Source: Epithemia pelagica | Lineage: Eukaryota; Protista; Bacillariophyta | Length of the DNA stretch: 64,000 nucleotides | NCBI GenBank assembly: GCA_946965045.2 | Contig: OX337229.1 | Span: forward strand, 4,216,001 to 4,280,000 | Direction of reading: 5' to 3' | Part shown: one piece after another, positions 52,301 through 61,334 of the stretch | Position numbering within the stretch: position 1 is the stretch's first letter | Layout: each line of letters opens with the position of its first letter | Position numbers and translations under genes: made by a program | Notes under the pieces: generated by a model | Told to the model about the DNA's origin: nothing | The model's input: only the letters and a program-made list of their open reading frames with translations | Databases searched by the model: none

Positions 52301-55300
52301 TATTTCAACAAGTGGGAGGAACTGGGACCATCTCTGTCTGCCCTCGATTCTGAAGCTGTCAAATTCTCCGATTTGGAAACCCAACGTTTCCTCGAAGGTT
52401 TGTACGACAAAGAAATCCAGGCAGCAGCAGCAGTCAATGAGAGCTATGAAAGCATGGATCAAGACACAAAAGACACCAGCATGGCAAATAATGACACTTA
52501 CCGTACGCCAGAAGCCAGCATGGATTTGTCTGTCGATGATATGAATGCCCCTCTCAAAATGCTGCAGCAGGGACGACCACCTAGCCTTAAAAAGAAACTC
52601 CCTGCCATCTCACCAATTCTTCCACAGCCACCGCTTCCGCCACGGCCATCAGCACCCTTTGCGCTGGCACACCAAGCTCCGTCTCCTCCACCGCAACTGC
52701 CTCCGCGACGAAAACTCACCATGCAGCAGCCAATCGCTCGTTACTCGTCTGAACAATTCGTTCTCGAAGCAGAACAGGCAAAACGTGATGGAATGAGATA
52801 CGAACGTGCAGCAAAAACAGTCTTTGCTAATGCATGGCGTGAGCCAAAACTTACCGTTGCTGAAGCATATCAGCGTGTCAAGGAAGAAGAATGGGCAATG
52901 GGATACTACGTCGATGGGACTTTGATCCCAAATCACCCTCGACCGGAACACTCCTTTCCAGGCATGTCCCCCATTCCTCCTGGACCGATGACGCCTTGCT
53001 TCAATATTCAACCGATGGACACGTCGTCCATTAGCCATCGCTTTACACCTGCATCAACACAACTCCGAACACATCGTGAGAGTAGTGCGGACAGTTTGTC
53101 TTCTACTTCCTTTACACCCAACAACACTCTTGGGGAGAAGTACGTACCTACCGATGCAGACACAGCAAGCAGTGGTGGCGACTCAGCAAAAACTGTGCCG
53201 CTCACCAAATACTTTGCCAACATGGCATGGGTCGACGATTGTTCTAAAAATGAGACCCAAAATTTCTGGATCAAGAATAATGAATCGGAGGGAGGTGCCC
53301 AGGACCGACAAAACGTCCCAATTGACACTATGGAAGAAACAGTATCATCTGATGAGGATTCTCTGGTAGGGAAATGCGTAGAAGTCCACTACACCCCATT
53401 CAGGTTCGGACACGTGACCCCTTCGCCGGTCCGTCGCGATTTTGATGATCGGCTGGCGCGCGAGTCGGACGAGACACCTACGGTAGAAACTTCTGCGTGG
53501 CTGCACCTTTTCTTAGTTGCACTCGCCCACCTTGTCCTTGTCCTACCTGTGATCCAGTGGCTCTACCCTACCGCCTCACCCTCTACAGGAGCTGACACCT
53601 ATTACAATGAAGGAAAGACTACAATTTACATCGGTCTAAGTCGTTTTCTAACAGGAATCTACGACTTATATACAGGTCTATGGTTCTTACTGCTTTCATA
53701 CGTGACTCATCCATCCTTCATGCCTGCCATCATCACTTGGCTCTCATGTTGGATTGTTGTTTTGGTGGTCATTCGGCGCGTCTCCTCTCGCTATCCTGAC
53801 TCACCATGGTTCGGACACCACCCCAACTACCATGTCAACCGATTCAAGTACCGACTCGCTCGCATCCACGCCCGCAATCCAATCCACTCAAAGCCACGAT
53901 CTCTTCCACCTCCAAGTTTGATTGTTGGATTTTGTTTCTCCGCTTTGAGGTTGATTGTTGTGTTGGTTTGCAGATTGTTGGGATTGTCAGCATCCACCGA
54001 GACGGGTGGCCCTCTGGGTTTCCGAGGCCATGTCACTCCGCTGCGAAGGAGAAACAGGAACACGACGAACAACAGGCACGTTTACTCCGGAACAAGCCGG
54101 CACAACCGCAAGCGCCGCCGTGTACCCAACCGACCGCCGAGCGCCATGACCTCCACACCACCGACCAACCGCCGCAGGATGCCGACGAGTCACCGCTGCA
54201 AAAACCGGCGCAGCATCTCTTGCTTCCAGCCGTCGACCTCCGCCGAACCAACTATCAACCTGACAGGCAACACCCGTCAGAGATCGAATACTAGAAACAG
54301 CAGCAACTTTTGCTGCAATTTAAGCAACGTACCGTTTCCTCAAGTACCCAACTTCTACCCTGCATCGCCACTCAACCAGAACAAATTCATGGGAATGGCC
54401 ATGCTCTTGCAGGAACCACCACGTTGCCACCACTCAACCACCGAGTTGAACCATCATCCTTGGGAACATATCACCCAACAAGCCCTGAGAGCAGCACTCC
54501 AGGATCCATCGAAACTTCGCTCTTCTATGCCTTCACACGCCTCTTATCCAATTATCTGGGACTCTGGGGCCAGTGTCTGCATTACCAACGACGAGAAAGA
54601 TTTTGTGGGACCGATTCGCTCTTTACCAAGTCTTCAAGTAAAGGGCATCGCCAACCGGATGAAAGCTACTGCCCGTGGAACAGTTGTTTGGACGATCCTG
54701 GACACCAATGGTATGCCCCGATCGCTCAAACTCCCTGCGTTCTTAGTACCAAAAACATCGGTTAGACTTTTGTCGACGCAATCGTTACTTCAAACATACT
54801 TCGGCGAGAAAATAATTCAAGACGGTTACACACTTACCTTAACCGGTATTCCAGGAGATGAATCCCGCCGAGAAGTCACCGTCATGGTGAATCCCAGCAA
54901 CAATCTGCCCATGTCGTTTGGGTACGACAAGCAGAACATGATGACTGGCTCGGTAGCTCTCAACACAACAGTGAATGAAGTATCACAACACAATGAAAAT
55001 CTTACCGCTCCTCAAAAGGAATTACTCAAATGGCATTACAGACTTGGACATCTTAACTTTCGCAAGGTACAGTTCTTGATGCGCACTGGTATCCTTGCAA
55101 CAACAGAAAAGACTCGTCGCTTACACTCACAAGCTGCATCTCTTTTGCAAGACTTACCATTATGCGCAGCATGCCAATTTGGGAAACAACGTCGTCGCAC
55201 CGAACCCGGTTCGACAACAACCATTGTCAAGGATCGACGAGGAGTCACCAAAGATGGCAACCTCCATCCTGGACAATGTATCTCTGTAGATCATTTTGTG

Positions 55301-57310
55301 TGCTCCACAAAAGGACGAAGATTTGACTCTCGGGGGAAGTCAAAAGTTGACAACCTTTATGTGGGCGGCGCGATCTTTGTCGATCACGCCTCGGGGTATA
55401 CATGGATAGGATTTCAATCACACCTTAACACTCATGAAACGCTTAGTGTTAAAGGATCCTTTGAGCTATTTTGTAGAGAAGTGGGTGTAGTTCCTCTCAA
55501 ATACCTAACCGACAACGGAGCTGCTTTCACCTCAAAATCCTACTCCCAATCGCTTGAGAACTTTGCTCAAATTTCGCGGTTCGCAGGAGTCGGGGCACAT
55601 CATCATGCCGGAATAGCTGAAAGGGCAATACAAACAATTATGTCGATTGCACGCACCATGATGTTACACTCTGCCATACAGTGGCCAGAATTGGCCGATC
55701 CGGCGCTCTGGCCCATGGCCGTTTCACATGCCGTTTTCTTACACAACCATGTACCCAATACTGAGACTGGTATAAGCCCCCATGATGTTTTCACACGTGT
55801 CCGATGGGAACAACGAAAATTTCATGATCTCCACGTGTGGGGCTGTCCGGTCTATGTTCTGCACAAAACTATTGCAGACGGGAAGAAGCTACCCCGCTGG
55901 AAGCCAAAATCTATTCGCTGCCAACTTATGGGGTTAAGTACGCGACATGCCAGTACTGTTCCATTAGTCTTAAATCCTCAAACTGGCTATATTACGCCCC
56001 AGTTCCATGTAGTGTTCGACGATTGGTTCAGCACTATTGCCATGTCTGTCGACCAGCTTCCGGACTTTGCATCCGAACCTTGGTATCGCCTGTTTGGAGA
56101 TTCTGCATATCAATATATCACTGATGATTCATCCGAAACGGACGATCTAGACTCCCCTACTAGTATTGATGAAGCTACCCAAAATACGTATCTTCGACGT
56201 CAATCAGATGTCGCACAACGAATTGCTACTCGCCAACCATATCTTCCGTTGACGTCATCATCTACACCTAACACACGTCCACTCCCAGTGCCACTCTCCG
56301 CTTCTTTACCAACTCCCAGTGAGGATCCCACTCCACCTCCATTGACCACATCGTTGGAGTCACCTCCTCAGAGGGAGACAACTAACCAGACACCTCAAAG
56401 ACAGGTGTCCGTATCATCAGGAGTTGAATCTACAGCTCCGAGTACCCCTCGTTCGCCTTCTCCCCATCTGTCACCCCACAAGGTTACCATTTCTTCGAGG
56501 GAGTCGCCGTCTCAGAGGGAGTCCCCTCTTCACAACCCTTCTCCTTCTCCAGCTAGATTACCACCGCGACCGCCTCCACGTGCAGTCCAACCGACGATCC
56601 TTCCAACTAGGAGATCTGCTAGGACTATTAAACGACCTACCCGCTTAGTTGAAGAAGGCAATCTAGCAAACCTCCCTTCTCTAATGCCACCATCTCATGA
56701 GCCTAGTGACCTTTTAACAGTTCACAAAGCTTCTCTCTCTGATCCCGACACCCTCTCTTACGATGAGGCTATGCGAGATACAGACATAGAGAAATGGAAA
56801 GCGGCAGCTAGCAAGGAAATAACCGAACTAGAGGAGAAAGGAACTTGGGAAGAAGTCCCTCAATCCCAGGCTAATACACGAATTTTACCTGGGACATGGG
56901 TATTCAAACGCAAGCGATCTCCAGACGGAGATATTATCAAGCATAAGGCTCGATATTGTGTTAGAGGAGACCTACAAGAAACGGAACAAGAGAACTATAG
57001 TCCAGTGGTTCACTGGAGTACTATCCGTATTGTGCTCACCCTTAGTTTAATCTTGGGTTGGGAACTTGCGTGTATCGATTTCAACAACGCATTTGTACAG
57101 GCTACCTTAGATGAACCTGTATGGATTCATCTACCTAGAGGATTTCGATCTAGTAAGCCCGGAACGACCTGCCTAAGACTCATCAAAAGTCTATATGGCC
57201 TGTCTTCTGCACCTAGATTGTGGTATATCCATCTAGTACAAGCGCTTAAGGAAGACGGTTTCAAATCAAGTAAGCATGACGAATGTCTTCTTTATAAGTC
57301 CAACATCATC
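49303..57310 (+). mobile_element. Ty1/Copia LTR retrotransposon (Copia-3), 3'-truncated, relative of Copia-2
   Basis: The 5' LTR 49303..50034 (AGTTA...TAAGT) starts exactly where copy 3 leaves the copy-2 sequence. PBS GGTTATGAGCCC (50035..50046). RT is cut before the DD motif and fused to host TIR-element sequence at about 57311. Confidence 0.92.
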
Positions 57311-57328
57311 AAAGAAAAGAGAATGTGA
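50453..57328 (+). CDS. gag-pol: Copia-3 Gag-X-PR-IN-RT(partial) polyprotein, single 2291-aa ORF
   Basis: Uninterrupted frame with knuckle WCGKCTNWNPTH..SEH, IIWDSGAS, integrase DDE motifs and RT KARYCVRGD/DFNNAF/KSLYGL. It ends in foreign sequence (KEKRM*). Confidence 0.92.
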   Translation: MSGEDSPQQDTDVFMPDRPRMGGLVQSSKDTYVPWTGGKPKPDWKGLDDKAKDHPVRSLQLRTFTDKRYLDRVTGPVEKFDKKKGDFSRLQDELVRHFTKHGMDTIMYLLDPLSKSSMLNIVTEHPRFTHTKVHEAMKQQVSKYDKYDANNDAAAQDYLLDSLDKTFRREVEDQSRDVASFPELFMIIVRIITDDSIEHWEIVKSEMRSLDPHNYAGHDITALTTDFAAKARSLTAAGLYDHTLTASLLTNILKAEWPPTPKFSLLLLNKSVQDSVDHIRFLDRAAADQYMTTNKMLYTHVIEEANSKYWVSVKRGEWSAKSTHRDSKAPPTSYGANNATVSKKGKQTKSIQANALVQQMNTPGNKKTYVREKGKNNNKNKNNNNFTKRTSSSDNNWRRIPPKEGEPEMRMVDGKPMYWCGKCTNWNPTHKTSEHIVGFKSNKSSSKQHQANKLEMEPAAWAAYIEKNGFDDANTYEMVNKEHSWLFDHDDFEANCVCAKCPPNMDDAKTDVDCSETDDKYDLCAYNLVVNLTQTVDTEEEMDDGSSTSSSLFSSNTLNLVTPDRITSAALEQEEQDSETTTSDMQDSSSCNTTSTINTTEPTSTPIEPDFGNEPKYFNKWEELGPSLSALDSEAVKFSDLETQRFLEGLYDKEIQAAAAVNESYESMDQDTKDTSMANNDTYRTPEASMDLSVDDMNAPLKMLQQGRPPSLKKKLPAISPILPQPPLPPRPSAPFALAHQAPSPPPQLPPRRKLTMQQPIARYSSEQFVLEAEQAKRDGMRYERAAKTVFANAWREPKLTVAEAYQRVKEEEWAMGYYVDGTLIPNHPRPEHSFPGMSPIPPGPMTPCFNIQPMDTSSISHRFTPASTQLRTHRESSADSLSSTSFTPNNTLGEKYVPTDADTASSGGDSAKTVPLTKYFANMAWVDDCSKNETQNFWIKNNESEGGAQDRQNVPIDTMEETVSSDEDSLVGKCVEVHYTPFRFGHVTPSPVRRDFDDRLARESDETPTVETSAWLHLFLVALAHLVLVLPVIQWLYPTASPSTGADTYYNEGKTTIYIGLSRFLTGIYDLYTGLWFLLLSYVTHPSFMPAIITWLSCWIVVLVVIRRVSSRYPDSPWFGHHPNYHVNRFKYRLARIHARNPIHSKPRSLPPPSLIVGFCFSALRLIVVLVCRLLGLSASTETGGPLGFRGHVTPLRRRNRNTTNNRHVYSGTSRHNRKRRRVPNRPPSAMTSTPPTNRRRMPTSHRCKNRRSISCFQPSTSAEPTINLTGNTRQRSNTRNSSNFCCNLSNVPFPQVPNFYPASPLNQNKFMGMAMLLQEPPRCHHSTTELNHHPWEHITQQALRAALQDPSKLRSSMPSHASYPIIWDSGASVCITNDEKDFVGPIRSLPSLQVKGIANRMKATARGTVVWTILDTNGMPRSLKLPAFLVPKTSVRLLSTQSLLQTYFGEKIIQDGYTLTLTGIPGDESRREVTVMVNPSNNLPMSFGYDKQNMMTGSVALNTTVNEVSQHNENLTAPQKELLKWHYRLGHLNFRKVQFLMRTGILATTEKTRRLHSQAASLLQDLPLCAACQFGKQRRRTEPGSTTTIVKDRRGVTKDGNLHPGQCISVDHFVCSTKGRRFDSRGKSKVDNLYVGGAIFVDHASGYTWIGFQSHLNTHETLSVKGSFELFCREVGVVPLKYLTDNGAAFTSKSYSQSLENFAQISRFAGVGAHHHAGIAERAIQTIMSIARTMMLHSAIQWPELADPALWPMAVSHAVFLHNHVPNTETGISPHDVFTRVRWEQRKFHDLHVWGCPVYVLHKTIADGKKLPRWKPKSIRCQLMGLSTRHASTVPLVLNPQTGYITPQFHVVFDDWFSTIAMSVDQLPDFASEPWYRLFGDSAYQYITDDSSETDDLDSPTSIDEATQNTYLRRQSDVAQRIATRQPYLPLTSSSTPNTRPLPVPLSASLPTPSEDPTPPPLTTSLESPPQRETTNQTPQRQVSVSSGVESTAPSTPRSPSPHLSPHKVTISSRESPSQRESPLHNPSPSPARLPPRPPPRAVQPTILPTRRSARTIKRPTRLVEEGNLANLPSLMPPSHEPSDLLTVHKASLSDPDTLSYDEAMRDTDIEKWKAAASKEITELEEKGTWEEVPQSQANTRILPGTWVFKRKRSPDGDIIKHKARYCVRGDLQETEQENYSPVVHWSTIRIVLTLSLILGWELACIDFNNAFVQATLDEPVWIHLPRGFRSSKPGTTCLRLIKSLYGLSSAPRLWYIHLVQALKEDGFKSSKHDECLLYKSNIIKEKRM

Positions 57329-57643
57329 GCTTGCCCCGAATTATGCAACAACCAACCGTCATCCACGCAGGGGACGCTTGTAGGGCTTGCGTCTGTTTCA
57401 AACGTCGAAAAATTCAGCTGGGCATGCGTGCCAATTTGCAATTTGATAATTACTATTTGCATCAAAAGCGAAAAATGCTGTCTGTGTCCACTTGGGAACC
57501 TGTGAACGTGGCACAGACAAAAAACAGCTAAGCAGTGGACACTGATACCGAGGGTTCAGTAGACACCCACTACCTCCATAAATGATTATTGCAAACTCGT
57601 TGATCTGTCAACAAGTAATCTCTTCTACGAGTAAAACAACACC

Positions 57644-59593
57644 ATGCAGAGGGCCTCGACGGTAGGAAATGATGACGTGAAGAGCTGCTTTATGGCCAAC
57701 AATGGCTGTCTTATTGCGGTGCGTTCAGAAGGACCCTTGAAACAGTCGTCTCTGTCGCCAGCAGAAGTGGATATGTCGACGTGTGACCTCAAGTCTTCCA
57801 GCCACAATTCCCCTTCTTCGGGCGATAATTATCTCGCTGATAATGCATCCCTGGGGGATGTGAACAGCAGTGACGACGATGATAGAGTTCCTTGGTTTCT
57901 CCCTAAAGGAGCAGCACCCATTCTTCGTTTACTGGCGGCACAACAAATATTTGTGGAGCTGACGACCGAATGCTATCGCTGTCACCGTCGAGAACAACAA
58001 GAAGTATCTACAAACCATGAAAAGTTGGAATTATTTGATTCAAATATTTGCTCACAATCGAGAAACGGACGTGCTGAACGCAAACTCCAACTAATTTCCG
58101 AACTGGTCCATTTACTGGAAGAATTTCCTGGCATATGCCATGTGCAGTATCCATTTGACTTGGATGTGGGGGAGTCTCGGCAATTGTATCCCTTGGCGAT
58201 ACTATCATGTTTGGATCCCTCGGTACAACTCGTGACCTTGACCTACAAGGCCTTTCCAAAAGCTTTGTATCATGCCGAGTCGGTCAAGGGCAGTCGTCCT
58301 TTGCATTACGCCTGTTCCTTTCAAGCGTCCTTGGAGGTGATACAGTTTTTGCTCTCGCACGACCCCTCGAGTATTTCATGTCCTCGAACTTCTGACGGTA
58401 TGCTTCCCTTGCATTTGGCTTCCTATTTTCAAGCCCACGATGTCGTATCGCTTCATCTCTTGGCGCAATGGCCTGAGGCCGCTCAAGTTGTCGACGATGG
58501 TGGATGGTCGCCCCTCCATGCTGCTGCGGCTGCGACTCCCCTAATTCCAACAACGATTTCGTGCAATGGAGGTGACAACAACCACAACTCTACGTTTGAA
58601 GATTCTTCCACTCCATCCCTGTCCTTGATTCAAGGACTGTACAATGAGAATCCAGCCGCTCTGGAACAAGCCGATCAGTATGGTCGAACGCCGTTGCATT
58701 TGGCCTGTTGGCACAAGGGCAAAAAGGATGTTGTCGCCTTTTTGGTTCAACACGCACCGCATGTACTTCATCGCACAGATGGCAGATTCGAAACCTGCTT
58801 GTTTCGAGCCGCACGAAGTCAGAGTTTGTCCGTCCTTCAACTGCTGCTCCAGGCATCTGCAGACCTTGATCAAAATGAACTTGTTGACAATGGCAATGCA
58901 GAAAATGAAGATCACGATACCATCTCTGACAACCTAAATCGCCGAGTTGAACAAACTGACGACAGCGAAAACAGGGACCAAGAAAGACGTGCTGATCCTC
59001 CTCCTCTCCCCCCTGTTGACGAGTTGGGTGCGACCTTGTTGCATTTTGCCGTGTTGGACAATACGCCAGACGTGGTCCAATACTTGATGCAAGTTTACCC
59101 CTCCATGATAACGACGCGGACGGAGGATCGCGATCAGTACTTGCCACTTCATACGGCTTGCCATTTTAGAGCACCAGTAGCCAATGTTCAAGCCCTGGTC
59201 CAAGCCAGTCCTCCGCGAACCTTGGTATGGAAAACCGGACAAGGACAATTACCACAACAATTGGCCGTGTTGGCCGTAGCCGAAGCGGAAGCTGAGGCGC
59301 GCTCATCCTCTGAAAACAACGAGACAAACGACCCGACAATCTCCGTGACAACGGAACAAATAGGAGAGGCGAAGGCTTTGGTGGAGTACATAGACCGGGT
59401 GACAATGGACTATTTGAAACAAGAGCTCGCTCACAAAGCGCTGCGGTCGTCCGGCAAGAACAAAAAGACAAAGGAACCCCGACGAAAGCAGTTATGGCGT
59501 TTCGTACCACAGGAATACATGGTCCCAGCGTGGATGAACAATGAGAACGAGGAAGACTCAGACGCGGAGGATGCCGTCTACAATATTGATTAA
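57644..59593 (+). CDS. Ankyrin-repeat-like protein (649 aa)
   Basis: Repeated ankyrin-type motifs RPLHYAC, LPLHLAS, SPLHAAA, TPLHLAC, TLLHFAV and LPLHTAC. Confidence 0.85.
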   Translation: MQRASTVGNDDVKSCFMANNGCLIAVRSEGPLKQSSLSPAEVDMSTCDLKSSSHNSPSSGDNYLADNASLGDVNSSDDDDRVPWFLPKGAAPILRLLAAQQIFVELTTECYRCHRREQQEVSTNHEKLELFDSNICSQSRNGRAERKLQLISELVHLLEEFPGICHVQYPFDLDVGESRQLYPLAILSCLDPSVQLVTLTYKAFPKALYHAESVKGSRPLHYACSFQASLEVIQFLLSHDPSSISCPRTSDGMLPLHLASYFQAHDVVSLHLLAQWPEAAQVVDDGGWSPLHAAAAATPLIPTTISCNGGDNNHNSTFEDSSTPSLSLIQGLYNENPAALEQADQYGRTPLHLACWHKGKKDVVAFLVQHAPHVLHRTDGRFETCLFRAARSQSLSVLQLLLQASADLDQNELVDNGNAENEDHDTISDNLNRRVEQTDDSENRDQERRADPPPLPPVDELGATLLHFAVLDNTPDVVQYLMQVYPSMITTRTEDRDQYLPLHTACHFRAPVANVQALVQASPPRTLVWKTGQGQLPQQLAVLAVAEAEAEARSSSENNETNDPTISVTTEQIGEAKALVEYIDRVTMDYLKQELAHKALRSSGKNKKTKEPRRKQLWRFVPQEYMVPAWMNNENEEDSDAEDAVYNID

Positions 59594-60146
59594 TAGAATA
59601 GAAATGCAATGAATGACGACATCGATGAGTGGAGTCCTATTGAATCAAAGCTGAAGACCACTCTGTTCCGTTTTGAAAAGCCACTTGATGACGAATTGGA
59701 AAACTCTCGTCGTTGTCATGGCGTTGAACTAGTTTCTTGTATCCCATGTTGTGTATGGACTGTTCGTACCCATTGCGTAAAGTTGGAATCGCTAACAGGT
59801 GTTGCCTGATTTCCGTCCGATATTCGCTTAGTCTGGAGGAAGGCAGTACACGGCTAATGCGTAGTCTAAAGCTGACTGGGCTTTACGCATCTCGAAACAG
59901 GGACCAAACAAGTCGGAGACACAACCTACGTCGAACGAAAGAAATGGAATTTTTCGTTCTCACGAGTGGTTACAAGTGTTCAAAGCTCTTGGTGTTCCTG
60001 GTCTCTACCGATTGCATCCGACATCTGACGCTTGCAAAGCGGTAAGGATGCAGGCTCAAGACCTCGTTCAAGTAGTTCTTATCATTATATGGATTCTATT
60101 TCTTCGCCTTCGTTGTTCTTCACTTTGAGAGCCTCGAGACACTTAC

Positions 60147-61011
60147 TTACTTTTCGGTGGTGGCCTCCTCTTCGGCCAGGACCAGTGCCGTGGCTTGTTG
60201 TTCCTCCATCATCCGCTGGACCAACTCAACAAAGCCATCGGGATCCTCCAATCCTTGAATGATATGAGGCGTCGAGTCTGCGGCCGCAATGACATACACC
60301 GTACCTTTGCCGCAAGCACCACAACAAATGCGACGGACAAAGACTTTGGAAATTTCCTGATAGGGCATCTATCATCAGAAGACGTATTCAAGATAAGGTC
60401 GTGATAAATAGGCAGCGACAGATTCCGAAATTGAAGAGAGAAAACAAACACGATAAGAGATGTAAAGTTGGAACAAAACTTTGTAGCATACTTGTTTGAT
60501 CATCTACACGTACCACCGTGGAATTGAGAAAAAAGCTGGCAAAGGGAAAGTGATTGGAATCCTTGCGAATTCCTTTACGAGTTACGGCCACATGCAAGCC
60601 ATGAACATTTTTCTTTTGACGATTCACCACCCGAACAAAAAAGAAGATAATAGCTCCAAAGTAGACAACAAAAATTGGGGCGACATAGACACCGCTCTTG
60701 TCATCATCCATCAAGGGAGCAACCGAGAAGAAGACCATGTAACACGAAAACAAGACAACAAAGAAAGCCATGATCCGATTCAAATTTCGTTTCATGCTAT
60801 CGTAACCGACGTCAAAGACAGCCACCAAATCGGACGACTCGACCTTGTCGTCAAAATATGTATCGATCCAGGTTCGTTCGCTGGCCAACACGGACGTGCC
60901 TTGGGTCAACGGAACAGCCAAGGGGGCCGTCGCAGTGGAGCTTGCCTCATCCACAGCTACTGCCGCATAGGCACGGGCATCTTTTCGTGTGATTCCGCTG
61001 GTGTTTGTCAT
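60147..61011 (-). CDS. Two-TM membrane protein with C-terminal PH-like (bPH_2-like) domain; exons 60514..61011 and 60147..60368
   Basis: Intron 60369..60513 (GTACGT...TGATAG). Two hydrophobic helices, then HVAVTRKGI...MPYQEISKV...IQGLEDPDGFVELVQ. It has a paralog at 63130..63893. Confidence 0.75.
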
Positions 61012-61334
61012 GATTAGTTCTACTAATATATGGTCTTAGGGACACTTATTCTTGGGGTTGAAATAGCAACGCTGTGAACTGTGAACATCAAATCGACAAG
61101 TGTCGATTGGCAATCTTCTTCCGGAGCGTTGGAAAGTATGAATTGAACTATATATTCAATAGTACAAAAGAAGAAATACTTAGCGGCGACAGAATAGAAC
61201 AGAATGAAACGTGTCCGTGGTAGGGCTCTATTCGGAACAACACTAATTAACTTCGTTTGAATGGATACGATTCCGCCCTACCTATCCCGCGACCGGTTGC
61301 CTCGCCATCACAAGCCTTACATCTCATCTTCACC

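Larger units (their letters stand above)
38679..57554. mobile_element. 'CCCTCGG' family TIR element, copy 3, split by Copia-2 and Copia-3 (pieces 38679..39327, 49128..49302, 57311..57554)
   Basis: The three pieces align in order to copy 2. The segment equivalent to about 38037..38340 is missing. Confidence 0.9.

Noticed and set aside
53500-53990. Calling the Copia-2/-3 hydrophobic region an env gene
   Set aside because: It lies between Gag and protease in the same frame, with no signal peptide, furin site or fusion peptide visible. Reported only as an unexplained membrane domain.
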